Shown: positions 51,632 to 61,550 of the stretch, one piece after another
Layout of the letters: each line of letters begins with the position of its first letter
How positions within the stretch are numbered: position 1 is the stretch's first letter
IMG/VR virus record: IMGVR_UViG_3300028197_001558
Span: 1,276-65,275 of that record
Origin: a virus
Taxonomy: Duplodnaviria; Caudoviricetes
Length of the DNA: 64,000 bases
Strand: one strand, 5' to 3'
Notes under the pieces: model-generated
Told to the model about the DNA's origin: nothing
What the model saw: the letters and a program-made list of their open reading frames with translations, nothing else
Database searches by the model: none
Made by a program: the position numbers and the translations under genes

Positions 51632-52258
51632 ATGAGTAAAAAATTATTAAGAGAGTTCCACGCATTGTGTCCCGATGGAAGATGTCTCGATCTCTTGACA
51701 GAGAGAGAGAAAAAAGAAGTTGTTCAAGACGGAGCAGTATATTTGACTGGTCGGATCCAAACAGCAGACAAGAAAAACGGCAATGGCCGCAAGTATCCTC
51801 ATAAGGTCCTCAAAAGAGAGATGGACAATTACATGAGAATAGTAAAAGATAACAGAGCGACAGGTGAATTAGATCACCCTGACGACTCCGTAATTAACCT
51901 TAAAAACGTTTCTCACATGGTCACCGACTGTTGGTGGGAAGGTAAGGACGTAATGGGCAAGATCAAGGTCCTAGATACTCCTAGCGGTAGAATCCTAAAG
52001 GATCTCATTAATGCTGGTGTAAAGCTTGGAATTTCATCTCGAGGACTTGGTTCGGTCAAAGAATCTATGGGCGAGACCATAGTAGAGGAAGACTTCCAAC
52101 TCATCTGCTTTGACATAGTTTCAGAGCCATCAACCCCAGAAGCATATGTTTATCCGGGTGAAGGCAAGCCAAAGACTTCAAACGCTTTCAATATGAGATT
52201 GAGAGAACAGAGAGAAAACAATATTGATGACCTATTTAAGAAGATTCTTGGAGATTAA
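51632..52258 (+). CDS. Prohead core protein protease (T4 gp21-like)
   Basis: KNGNGRKYP, GELDHP, NVSH, LDTPSG, GISSRGLGS, FDIVSEPSTPEAY; start reassigned to ATG 51632 after GGAG. Confidence 0.93.
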   Translation: MSKKLLREFHALCPDGRCLDLLTEREKKEVVQDGAVYLTGRIQTADKKNGNGRKYPHKVLKREMDNYMRIVKDNRATGELDHPDDSVINLKNVSHMVTDCWWEGKDVMGKIKVLDTPSGRILKDLINAGVKLGISSRGLGSVKESMGETIVEEDFQLICFDIVSEPSTPEAYVYPGEGKPKTSNAFNMRLREQRENNIDDLFKKILGD

Positions 52259-52672
52259 ATGAATAAAGATCAACTAAAAAAGACCTTGAGACCAATGATA
52301 AAAGAGTGTATCAAAGAAGTAATATTCGAAGAAGGTATTCTTTCAAGTATTATATCTGAGGTAATGAAGGGTACGTCTGCTCCTTTAGTGGAGTCTAGAC
52401 AGCCAACATATCAACAACCACAAGTAGACTACGAAGCTCGTGAAAGAGCAGCCAAAGAGGAGCGAAGAAAAATGCTCGACTCAATTGGTAGAGATTCTTA
52501 CAACGGTGTTGATTTATTTGAAGGAACTCAACCACTTCAAGAAAGAAGATCTTCCGCTCATTCTCCACGCGGATCCAAACCACTAGACGGTATAGCACCG
52601 AACGACCCAGGAGTTAACTTGGGCGCATTGGGTGTAGATACTAGGCTCTGGTCTAAATTAGCTAAAGGATAA
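52259..52672 (+). CDS. Hypothetical head-module protein with leader-like N-terminus
   Basis: MNKDQLKKTLRPMIKECIKEVIFEE; GGAG RBS. Confidence 0.6.
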   Translation: MNKDQLKKTLRPMIKECIKEVIFEEGILSSIISEVMKGTSAPLVESRQPTYQQPQVDYEARERAAKEERRKMLDSIGRDSYNGVDLFEGTQPLQERRSSAHSPRGSKPLDGIAPNDPGVNLGALGVDTRLWSKLAKG

Positions 52673-52676
52673 CAAA

Positions 52677-52865
52677 ATGGCAACAAATTATTCCGAAAGG
52701 GCTCGCAAGAACGAGAACCCCGAACGTTTTATTAAAAGATTTTTAAAGAAATGTAAAAAGCTTGGAATCATCCAAGAAGCCCGAGACAGAAAGCAGTTCA
52801 TTTCAAAATCTGAAAAGAAAAGAATTGCGAAACGAAAAGCAAAAAGAAACAATAACAAAGAGTAA
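52677..52865 (+). CDS. rpsU: Phage-encoded ribosomal protein bS21
   Basis: 62 aa, highly basic; RKNENPERFIKRFLKKCKKLGIIQEARDRKQFISKSEKKR matches the bS21 pattern. Confidence 0.8.
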   Translation: MATNYSERARKNENPERFIKRFLKKCKKLGIIQEARDRKQFISKSEKKRIAKRKAKRNNNKE

Positions 52866-52896
52866 CTAATTACTTGTGAAATAAGAGAGGTTTAAT

Positions 52897-53361
52897 ATGT
52901 CATTAAAATATACAACTGGTGCAAGAACCAGAAACGTGGTCAACCTTGCGGTTCCCGGTGGAACAACTCCTGCCTTACAATTGACTGAAGATAACTTAGC
53001 TCCCTCTGGTGCAACAGCTGGATTTAAAAATTTTAATACACAAAGAATGCTACATGTATTAATTCATAACAATGGATTGATACGCAGTGGTGGAGATCTT
53101 GATGTCTCCAATATAGAAATATGGGGTTACAACGCTTCTTTGGGAGGTTTGTGGACAATACTCACTCATACTGAGAGAGCTAATGCCGGCGACACACTAA
53201 TATATCCAGAATACAACAATATAGCAGCTGCTCATGATGCTAAAATCAGATTAGCAATTCCAATAGAAGGTGTCGAGAGAATATATGTCCGCGCAAGGAC
53301 ATTTAGTCATACTCGAACGGGCGGAACACTAGATATCTATCTCGGTGTCAACTCAATCTGA
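52897..53361 (+). CDS. Hypothetical virion protein
   Basis: GAGG RBS; late motif upstream; beta-rich. Confidence 0.55.
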   Translation: MSLKYTTGARTRNVVNLAVPGGTTPALQLTEDNLAPSGATAGFKNFNTQRMLHVLIHNNGLIRSGGDLDVSNIEIWGYNASLGGLWTILTHTERANAGDTLIYPEYNNIAAAHDAKIRLAIPIEGVERIYVRARTFSHTRTGGTLDIYLGVNSI

Positions 53362-53372
53362 AGGAGGTCTAA

Positions 53373-56300
53373 ATGGCTGATTTCGGCTGGGCATTTGTAA
53401 AGGGGAACCTATTAACCGGCTCCGCGCCTCCAAGTGGCTCAATACAATACAACGATGGAAACAATAAATTCGCTGGATCTGGTGATTTAGTATTTGTATC
53501 TGGTTCTACGTCCGAACTTAACTTGACAGGTACGCTCAATGTATCAGGCGCCATTAATACAAATGAATTTAACATCAACGTTACAAACAAGAGCGTAATC
53601 AACTTAAGTGCTACCGGTTCAACTAAGTTTGGAGACACAGTAGATGATACTCATGTTTTTACTGGTAGTCTAGACATCTCTGGTACCAGTAACCCAATAA
53701 GAATACAGGGGCTTCAAGCAGGTACTCCACCAAACACATCCAGCTATTTAGCTTTGGATTCTAATTATCAATTAGTTCTAACCTCAGCTGCCGGCAATGG
53801 AACTGGTGGTACAATTGGTGCAGCCGAAGACGGAACTTATGCTGATGGTTTATTTAGCGACTTTCTCACCACGACCACAATTGGAACCGCTATTGATAAA
53901 TTTAATGAAATATTAAAAATCATCGTTCCGGGACCATCCCCGTCAGTAGATCAAATTAATTATACTAACCCTTCCGGTATAGCCACAAAACTATCTTTCG
54001 AGACAGGCGATCAAGCTCCAACTGGATATACTGATGTTGGCCAAAAAGGTCAATTCCAATCTCCTCCTGGATTAAACAGCCAATATACTGTCGCAACTAG
54101 CGGAGAAGACTTTCGACTTGGAGCATACAACGGTACACAAGAGGTCACCGGAGTCATAAACCACCAAGTAGTGGAACAACTAAAAAGCACAGAAGTTAAT
54201 TATTCTACAGACTCCTTTGGAAACGCGGAGAGCGGGTCATTAAAATTATACTTGAACAACTCTGTACTTCACACATTAAACTTAAATGGTTTCACTGGTG
54301 CTGGTAATCCGAACACTGGATCGGCATCAAGTTTAAATAGCAATGGGTCTGGTTTTTTTGATATATCAACGGCCGCTTCAGCCACAGACCAAAATGGATC
54401 AACATACGACATATTCAAGCACAGAACAGCAAAGTTTGTTGTCGACCCTGCGGATCAAAACAAAGGATGGAATTATGTGAAAGTTGATCATGTTTATGGC
54501 GCAACAACATATACTACCAATTTTATCCAATGGTTTAACGATACAGACGCCTCAAGTCAAACAATGACGGTCACTAATCCTAGAGTAACTTTTACTGGTG
54601 GTGGATCAAAATATCTATCTGGAGTTCAATACTTTAGATCATCAACGCTTGTATACAACTCAGAAGTCAACAATGCTTATAAATTTACTTACCCTACCGG
54701 TAGCGTCTTAACGTTCAACGTTGACACGAATGACGTATCAGCAATAGCAGCACAATCAATGCCGGCAACTGATGGGACAGATCTTTACAATAAAATACTA
54801 AAGATAACTGGGTCAACAGCAACAGTGGACAACACTATGCTGAATGACTCAACCACAATCTCAATCAATCTAGATCACCCTCTCAAGACAAACCTAGCTT
54901 CGACTGGATCTGTTGCGACTAGTGGCATATTGATCTACAATGTTGACACGGCAAACAACAATTTAACAGAGAACTTTGATCTCGAGAACTTCAGAATAAC
55001 AAGCCATGCCTATTCTTCCCAAAGCGACGTCACCTCCGGAGATTCTGTTTGGAACTCGCAAAACCATATGCTCGAGGCAGGACCATCTAGCCACAGAGAT
55101 GGCTTGCTAATGTATAATGGTAGATTATATTCTCCTAAACAGGGAGCAAACGGCGGAAACTTTAACACTCTAGCTAATGGTCCAGCAGCAAACCCGAACT
55201 ACTCAGGCGTTTCTGGTACCAGAACTTTCTTTAGAAAAATACAAAACACTAGCGGAGCAACAATTAGAGACTTGAAGATTTCTACCACGAAAGCTACTAG
55301 ATTTGATGACGAGACGCTAACCACTAACAATGTAAAGTTTTCCATAAAAGTTCCTGGAGCTACTGGCTTTATGGACATATCGGAAATCTTCACTTACGGA
55401 AATACTGCAGATGACGATGGCGCCTTAATCAATGGCGCTACTGATAACTCAAACACTTTAGAAACCGATACAGGCGACGCAGTACATTGTATTACCTTTG
55501 GAACTCAACCAGTTGCTAACAATGAATATGTCGTTGTAAGAATCCAAGCCGACGAGTCTTGGACTGGGTTTATCAACACACTTACATTTCAACTAGGAGC
55601 ATCTGACGATGCCTCAGCACCAACTGCCGCCCCTGCCCTAGACGATATTGACCTGTCAGACACAGCCGGAGAGACCGCTAAGTTATCTTTTGGTACTTCA
55701 AACGGTGTGGTAGGCTATACTAATGTTGCTGGTGGTGTTGGATCAATGTCAGCTGTGAATTCAAACGGACTCTACACGGACAACGAGGATACCAACAGAG
55801 GCGTCTTTAAAGCATCGGAGGTAATGACAGGTGTTTTGAATCAAGACGTAGCAGGAAACGGCAATAACTACCCAGCAAATAGCTTTCTCAATGCTTACAC
55901 TGGCTCACTTTTGTTGATCGTCAATGACGCAACAGCAAGCACTCTCAGTTTGGTCAACTTGAACTCTATAAACAATCTATCATCAAATACTGGGTTTAGT
56001 GTTGGAGCAGTTGGATTCTCAACATCAACCGACAATATCCCAGATTACACCAAACCATATAGAACTGGTACATATAGTGTTGGAACTGCTCAGCAGAGAT
56101 CCGGATGGAACTATGCGAGAGTTTTACATAGAATTGGAGCATCGGATACACAAACAAATTATGTCCAATGGGTTGTTGATCCTTCCGGCTCTACAGATGA
56201 CACTGCTGTCTCAACTGGAACTCTTGCACGATTTAGTGGAGATTCAGATGACTATTATTATTCATCCGGAATAGCTTACTTTACTACGGATTCAGTTCCA

Positions 56301-57410
56301 ACCGCTTCTTTTGCTTTCACGGGATCTAACTTTTACTCCAATGTATATTACAGTGGTTCAGACGGAGTTTCTTTCCCAACTACCACCAATTGCTCCATCA
56401 ACAATACAAGAATTACCGGATCGGGAATAACAACTTTCAACTCCGGTGTCTCACAAGCCTCAATGCCACCATTAAACAACACAGCAGATTGCGAGCTTAC
56501 ATCGATTGAAGTCACCGGCAATGTTCTGTATAGCGGCGGAACTTCAATCATGAGTGACTTAGGTTTATTTAATACCAGAGCGGCTTCAATTGAAGGTAGA
56601 ATAAAACATGTTGCTAATTTCAAATCAGACAGAGACACAAGCACTAGGAGCAGTTCAACATTTATGTTCTATTCCGGATCAATTGGGAGCACAACTCTGT
56701 CCAACAATGAATACTTCGGCTTAGAGACTCACAGAATTGTATCGGGCAACTATGCTAACCAAGCAGACCTTACATCAGAATCAAACACATGGAATTCAGA
56801 AACTCACATGAATGCAGCTAATGCACATGGAGACGGAATGGTAACAGCAAATGGATACCTATTGTCACCATTAAAGATTGGAGACGACGGAGACACTAGG
56901 AATGCCACAAACGGCGGATCACTAGAAGCCCCAGCTGGTAATCCAAATTATTCATCTCTAACAGACGACGTAAGAAGTTACTACAGGATATTCAGATACA
57001 CAGGTGCATCAACGGTTGCTAGTTTTACTGCTACACTCTATGGTGATGCAACGCTGAGATCAATCGCTCCATCAAACGACCCGTACTATGCTGCGTTAGG
57101 TGCAAACAAAAACTGCAACGTTGAGCTGAAAATCTCTTACGATCCAAACTTTCCTGGTGCGGACGACCAATCAACCGGTTGGGCCGATTTGGGGAAAATA
57201 TTTGATTCAGGTAATCAACCTAATAATGACGGAGCAGGTATCAGATCTGGAGCTTCTAGTGGAGAAGATGTAAGTATCGACACGAATGGCTTGGCTCTGT
57301 CTCTTACTTTGGGAACTCGGAGAATAAAGCAAAATCAATATTATGTCGTCAAAATCACAGCACACAAAGATTGGACCGGATACATATCTAGAATACAGGT
57401 GGCTTACTAA
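53373..57410 (+). CDS. Large fibre/decoration-like virion protein with internal duplication
   Basis: G/S/T/N-rich; GSTKFGDTVDDTHVFTGS motif; two homologous large units; AGGAGG RBS. Confidence 0.6.
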   Translation: MADFGWAFVKGNLLTGSAPPSGSIQYNDGNNKFAGSGDLVFVSGSTSELNLTGTLNVSGAINTNEFNINVTNKSVINLSATGSTKFGDTVDDTHVFTGSLDISGTSNPIRIQGLQAGTPPNTSSYLALDSNYQLVLTSAAGNGTGGTIGAAEDGTYADGLFSDFLTTTTIGTAIDKFNEILKIIVPGPSPSVDQINYTNPSGIATKLSFETGDQAPTGYTDVGQKGQFQSPPGLNSQYTVATSGEDFRLGAYNGTQEVTGVINHQVVEQLKSTEVNYSTDSFGNAESGSLKLYLNNSVLHTLNLNGFTGAGNPNTGSASSLNSNGSGFFDISTAASATDQNGSTYDIFKHRTAKFVVDPADQNKGWNYVKVDHVYGATTYTTNFIQWFNDTDASSQTMTVTNPRVTFTGGGSKYLSGVQYFRSSTLVYNSEVNNAYKFTYPTGSVLTFNVDTNDVSAIAAQSMPATDGTDLYNKILKITGSTATVDNTMLNDSTTISINLDHPLKTNLASTGSVATSGILIYNVDTANNNLTENFDLENFRITSHAYSSQSDVTSGDSVWNSQNHMLEAGPSSHRDGLLMYNGRLYSPKQGANGGNFNTLANGPAANPNYSGVSGTRTFFRKIQNTSGATIRDLKISTTKATRFDDETLTTNNVKFSIKVPGATGFMDISEIFTYGNTADDDGALINGATDNSNTLETDTGDAVHCITFGTQPVANNEYVVVRIQADESWTGFINTLTFQLGASDDASAPTAAPALDDIDLSDTAGETAKLSFGTSNGVVGYTNVAGGVGSMSAVNSNGLYTDNEDTNRGVFKASEVMTGVLNQDVAGNGNNYPANSFLNAYTGSLLLIVNDATASTLSLVNLNSINNLSSNTGFSVGAVGFSTSTDNIPDYTKPYRTGTYSVGTAQQRSGWNYARVLHRIGASDTQTNYVQWVVDPSGSTDDTAVSTGTLARFSGDSDDYYYSSGIAYFTTDSVPTASFAFTGSNFYSNVYYSGSDGVSFPTTTNCSINNTRITGSGITTFNSGVSQASMPPLNNTADCELTSIEVTGNVLYSGGTSIMSDLGLFNTRAASIEGRIKHVANFKSDRDTSTRSSSTFMFYSGSIGSTTLSNNEYFGLETHRIVSGNYANQADLTSESNTWNSETHMNAANAHGDGMVTANGYLLSPLKIGDDGDTRNATNGGSLEAPAGNPNYSSLTDDVRSYYRIFRYTGASTVASFTATLYGDATLRSIAPSNDPYYAALGANKNCNVELKISYDPNFPGADDQSTGWADLGKIFDSGNQPNNDGAGIRSGASSGEDVSIDTNGLALSLTLGTRRIKQNQYYVVKITAHKDWTGYISRIQVAY

Positions 57411-58522
57411 TGGCAAAAACTAACGTCACATCAACCCAGTTCGCCGCAAAGAAGCTGCTTGGGAAAACACAAACAAGACCATCGCTTACAGATGCTCAAG
57501 AAGCTTATCCGTCGAACGTCTCTGTTCCGGGCGGTGGTGTATTTGCAGAGAGTATCCCGAGAGAACCCGGAACTGAATATTTTACACTCTTTTCAGCTTC
57601 AGCTGGACTGCCAGCTACAGTTGAGCGAGTATATTTTGACCTCGTAGCAGTTGGAGACGGATACTATGATGGTGATGCATCTGCAGAAGACGGAGGTGAA
57701 AGCGGCCAAAACGCTACGAATCACGCTTACTATCTCAAACTTCCTGCAAACTACGAAACAACCAGTTCGAATCCCAATAAGGGCTCTGGTAATTACGTAA
57801 ATGGCAAGAGAGTCTATCTGTCGAAAGGTGGGCTACAATTAATTCCTCCATTCGCCACTGACGCTGGTCTTCCTGGTGCATCCGGAAACAACAGATATTA
57901 TGTTGAGATATTCACTGGAGACCCATCTGACCCAGCAAACAAAATATCTTCTACAGATTCCATTGATTGGCAATTCGATTATTACTCTGGAATACTCTTC
58001 ATTCAAGACTCTGCATCTGCTGCTCCTGTGACAGCATCCGCTTACTTATATACCGGTAAGTATTTAGATGAAAAACTGACGTCAATCTCAGCAGCTGCTG
58101 GTAATGATATCATAGTAAAAGATGAAGGATCGAATATAACAACAACTGCTACGAGCTTTAATTTTGTTGGAGCCACCGTTGTTGCAAGTAATTCTGGAAA
58201 CGACGTAACTGTCACAATCAACGAAGGTATAGATTATGGAAGGACGGCTATAACTACAACCTCGACAGCTTCGGTGTCATCGAGGATTTTAGGGGTCAAC
58301 GCTGCCGCTGCGATAGACATTAGATTACCATCCGCAGCAAATTATTCTGCTGGTCAATATTTTGTGATTAAAGACGAAAGTGGAACAGCGCACACTAACA
58401 ATATTACGATACTAGCTTCTGGATCTCAAACACTTGACGGAAATACTTCAATTATCTTAGAATCTCCGTATGCTGCAGTTAATATTTATTCAAATGGAAC
58501 AGATAAATTCTTCATATACTAA
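57410..58522 (+). CDS. Fibre/decoration-like virion protein
   Basis: DWQFDYYSGILF; C-terminal LP..G....KD..G....NITI..G...DG domain. Confidence 0.55.
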   Translation: MAKTNVTSTQFAAKKLLGKTQTRPSLTDAQEAYPSNVSVPGGGVFAESIPREPGTEYFTLFSASAGLPATVERVYFDLVAVGDGYYDGDASAEDGGESGQNATNHAYYLKLPANYETTSSNPNKGSGNYVNGKRVYLSKGGLQLIPPFATDAGLPGASGNNRYYVEIFTGDPSDPANKISSTDSIDWQFDYYSGILFIQDSASAAPVTASAYLYTGKYLDEKLTSISAAAGNDIIVKDEGSNITTTATSFNFVGATVVASNSGNDVTVTINEGIDYGRTAITTTSTASVSSRILGVNAAAAIDIRLPSAANYSAGQYFVIKDESGTAHTNNITILASGSQTLDGNTSIILESPYAAVNIYSNGTDKFFIY

Positions 58523-58555
58523 GTCTTTGTAGTCAAGTTCCAAACTATTTAGTGT

Positions 58556-58590
58556 GAATCGAAGAGTTCAACTCTTTGGTTCCTTTTTTA
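58556..58590 (+). terminator. Hairpin with U-tract immediately after a late motif
   Basis: GAATCGAAGAGT-TCA-ACTCTTTGGTTC 12-bp stem (with G-U pairs) then CTTTTTT. Confidence 0.45.
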
Positions 58591-58629
58591 ATATAAATAT
58601 TATAATTAATTATCTTGGAGGATAATAAT

Positions 58630-60492
58630 ATGGCTTATAAATTTCAATTAGGGGCAGCTCGTTTGAGCGGGTCTCTTGTACAAGAAGGAAACCTGGAAGC
58701 ACAAGGCTCCGGTGAATTCAGTTCTTTAAAAATCGCTGACGATGGTGCGATCGGTGCGATCGGTGATCTTGACATGATCACACTTGACGCTACAAACAGC
58801 GTTACTATCGCTGCTGATCTTGATCTTATCGTTGCAGAAGGACAATTCGTACTCGGAAGTGCTGCAGTAACGGCTACTGCTGCTGAGCTTAACTTGCTTG
58901 ACGGTGTTGCTGGTTTGGTTCAGGGTGACTTTACTAAACTTGCTGCAGTAACGGCTACTGCTGCTGAGATCAACTATTTAGATAACGACGACTTGAGTGC
59001 TGCTGATATCCAGAAGTTAGCTGATTTAACTGCAACTGCTGCTGAGTTAAACTTGCTTGACGGTATTACTCGTGGATCTATCGTTTATGGTAACGCTTCT
59101 GCTGCTTCTGCTCGTTTGGCAAAAGGTGATGCGCATTCGTTTCTTCAATCTGATGGGACCGACATATCTTATGTTACTATGAGTGGTGATGCTACTTTAA
59201 ATGCTGGCGTACTTTCTATCGGTGCTACCAAAATTACTGATGCAATGATTAACAACGACGTTGCAACAGAATTGGCATCCGGAAATGGTATCGGAGCTTC
59301 TGATGGCGTTCTTTCTGTTGCTGGTGGAGACGGTATTACTGCTGAAGCTAATGGTGTTAAGGTAACACCTGCTCAAACAACTATTACATCAGTATTGAAT
59401 GCTGCCTTGACTATTGGTAGAGATGCTGACAACGTAGTTGACTTTGCTACTGATAATATGATTAAGTTCAAAACCAATGGTGCTGAAAGAATGTCAATTG
59501 ATGCTGACGGTGATGTCATCATTGAAGGCGGTTTAACTGTTAATGGTACAACCACAACAATTAATTCTACAACAGTCCAAATCGATGACTTAAACCTTCA
59601 GTTAGCTGATGGTGCTGCAGCTGCATCTGCTGTTAATGGTGGGGGTATTACTCTTGCTACTTCTGGTGATGATTTTACTTTCGCATACAACCATGCAAGT
59701 ACTGCTTGGAAATCAAGTATCGATATGGATCTTGCTAGCAACAAGCTTTTAAAGATCAATGGTGCTGAAGTTCTTTCTGCTGCTGGTGCTGTAAAAGTTC
59801 AAGATGGTGTTGCTGGTGCTGGACTTGCTGCTTCTTCTGGTGTTCTTTCTGTTGGTGTCGATGGCACTGGTATCGAGATTAACTCTGACGCTCTTCGCTT
59901 GAAGGACGGTGGTGTTACTGCTGATAAGATGGTTAACTTGGCTGCTACTAACTTGTATGTTGGTAATGGTTCAAATCGTCCAGTTGCTGTTGCTTTGTCT
60001 GGTGACGTTACCATGAGTAACGCTGGTGCGGTTACAATTGCTGCTACTGCTGTTGAAGCAGGCATGTTAAACGCCAACATTATCTCAGGACAAACTGAGT
60101 TAGCAAGTGGTTTGGCTTCTACAGATGAGCTTATAGTATCAGACGCTGGAGTCCTTAAGAGAATGGATATGTCCGTTCTTAGTACTTTCATTGGCACTAA
60201 CATTTCAGCTGATGTTCAGAATGTTGCAGCTGCTGGCACTCTTGTTGTTGGAGTTAACTACTTCTCTGACATGACTGCTGACGGTGAAGATGTTGTAACT
60301 CTTCCTGCTTCTCCTTCTGTAGGACAATCAGTTAAAGTTAAGGCTCCTTCTGACTGTTCTTTCGAACGCTTCATCACGATCCTCAAAGCTGGTTCACAGA
60401 CAATTGATGGCGCTGATTCAATTCGTCTTGAATCTCCGTTTGCTGCTGTTGAATTGGTATATGTAGCTTCTAATGCATGGAGAGTATTCTAA
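58630..60492 (+). CDS. Highly expressed fibre-like virion protein
   Basis: Start at ATG 58630 after GGAG; TATAAELNLLDG repeats, LTVNGTTTTINS motif; strong GCT/GGT/TCT codon bias like the capsid gene. Confidence 0.65.
   Translation: MAYKFQLGAARLSGSLVQEGNLEAQGSGEFSSLKIADDGAIGAIGDLDMITLDATNSVTIAADLDLIVAEGQFVLGSAAVTATAAELNLLDGVAGLVQGDFTKLAAVTATAAEINYLDNDDLSAADIQKLADLTATAAELNLLDGITRGSIVYGNASAASARLAKGDAHSFLQSDGTDISYVTMSGDATLNAGVLSIGATKITDAMINNDVATELASGNGIGASDGVLSVAGGDGITAEANGVKVTPAQTTITSVLNAALTIGRDADNVVDFATDNMIKFKTNGAERMSIDADGDVIIEGGLTVNGTTTTINSTTVQIDDLNLQLADGAAAASAVNGGGITLATSGDDFTFAYNHASTAWKSSIDMDLASNKLLKINGAEVLSAAGAVKVQDGVAGAGLAASSGVLSVGVDGTGIEINSDALRLKDGGVTADKMVNLAATNLYVGNGSNRPVAVALSGDVTMSNAGAVTIAATAVEAGMLNANIISGQTELASGLASTDELIVSDAGVLKRMDMSVLSTFIGTNISADVQNVAAAGTLVVGVNYFSDMTADGEDVVTLPASPSVGQSVKVKAPSDCSFERFITILKAGSQTIDGADSIRLESPFAAVELVYVASNAWRVF
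58860..58968 (+). repeat. Exact 28-bp coding repeat (AAVTATAAE) at 58860-58887 and 58941-58968
   Basis: TGCTGCAGTAACGGCTACTGCTGCTGAG occurs twice; third partial copy near 59031. Confidence 0.85.
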
Positions 60493-60525
60493 TTTCTGAT
60501 TAGAGTTCTACAAGATTTTTCTTGG

Positions 60526-60554
60526 AGGGGTCGGGCGAAAGCTTGGCCCCTTTT
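60526..60554 (+). terminator. Rho-independent terminator
   Basis: GGGGTCGGGC-GAAA-GCTTGGCCCC stem with GNRA loop, then TTTT. Confidence 0.8.
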
Positions 60555-60580
60555 CTATTTATAAAAACGGAGATTTAATT

Positions 60581-61480
60581 ATGGGATACAACTATTCTAA
60601 AGGGCCTCAAGTAATTGGAGACCTCAAAGCAGCTGATGACGCTCAAAGAGATACCTTGATAGACTTTGGCGAAGACTTAATACAACTACAAACCAGTGGA
60701 TCAACGAGACTTCATATCGACAACGATGGTGTTTATATTCCGGACACCGCTGCCGACACTAGTCTCAGAGTCTCAGGAGCTGTCGAGATCACTCCCGGAA
60801 ATAATGCCGGCTTAACGTTTAAAAAGGGCGAGAGCGAATTAAATTTTATTTCTTTCAAGAACGCTAGCGATGGAGCTTCATATAACGCAAGGCTAGCATA
60901 CCAAGCGGCCGAGCATTTGTTCATAGCTCCAGGTAGGGGAGCGGACTTTTACATAAACTCATCTCAGAACTCTGGTGACGCTACTTTTCCTTTTAGAATT
61001 ATGGACGACGGAACAGCAAGGTTTGAAAAAGGCTTGACAGATGGTTCAACATCATCAACTAACCTAGACTCGAGCATTTCATTTTATGTCTCGGGTACAT
61101 TGGACGGAAACAACAACGCGGTATTTGACGGAAACGTGATGCTGAACGGCACAACTCTTCAAGCTTCAGCACAGAGAGTATCGGCCACAGTAGCCTCCAG
61201 CTTCCCATACGCAGTGGCCGAAGGTGACTATGTAATTTTAGTAGAGGGCACTGGCTCTCCGCGAAGAATTGAACTCCCAGCAAAGGCAAATCATGCAGGG
61301 CGAGTATTAATAATAAAAGACGCAACAGGCAACGCTTCGTCAAACAATATCGAGATCAAACCCAATGGATCAGAGAATATTGACGGCGCCGGCGACAAAC
61401 TAATGAACGGAAACAAATCATCTTTGACAATTGTATGCGGATCCGACCAGTGGTTCGTCCTTGGAAATTATCCAGGATAA
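60581..61480 (+). CDS. Fibre/decoration-like virion protein
   Basis: Shares its C-terminal domain with the 57410 and 58630 proteins; GGAG RBS. Confidence 0.55.
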   Translation: MGYNYSKGPQVIGDLKAADDAQRDTLIDFGEDLIQLQTSGSTRLHIDNDGVYIPDTAADTSLRVSGAVEITPGNNAGLTFKKGESELNFISFKNASDGASYNARLAYQAAEHLFIAPGRGADFYINSSQNSGDATFPFRIMDDGTARFEKGLTDGSTSSTNLDSSISFYVSGTLDGNNNAVFDGNVMLNGTTLQASAQRVSATVASSFPYAVAEGDYVILVEGTGSPRRIELPAKANHAGRVLIIKDATGNASSNNIEIKPNGSENIDGAGDKLMNGNKSSLTIVCGSDQWFVLGNYPG

Positions 61481-61511
61481 GCAAGAAACCTTCCTTTTAT
61501 TAATCTAAATA

Positions 61512-61518
61512 CTATTTA
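61512..61518 (+). promoter_or_regulatory. Putative late promoter CTATTTA (representative of about 15 copies)
   Basis: CTA(T/A)TTA also at 26999, 29499, 33430, 35913, 40600, 45315, 47490, 48270, 51375, 52232, 52866, 58545, 60555; variants at 9057, 36860, 41874. Confidence 0.65.
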
Positions 61519-61550
61519 TTGAAGAAATTATATTTTTAGGAGATTATTTA

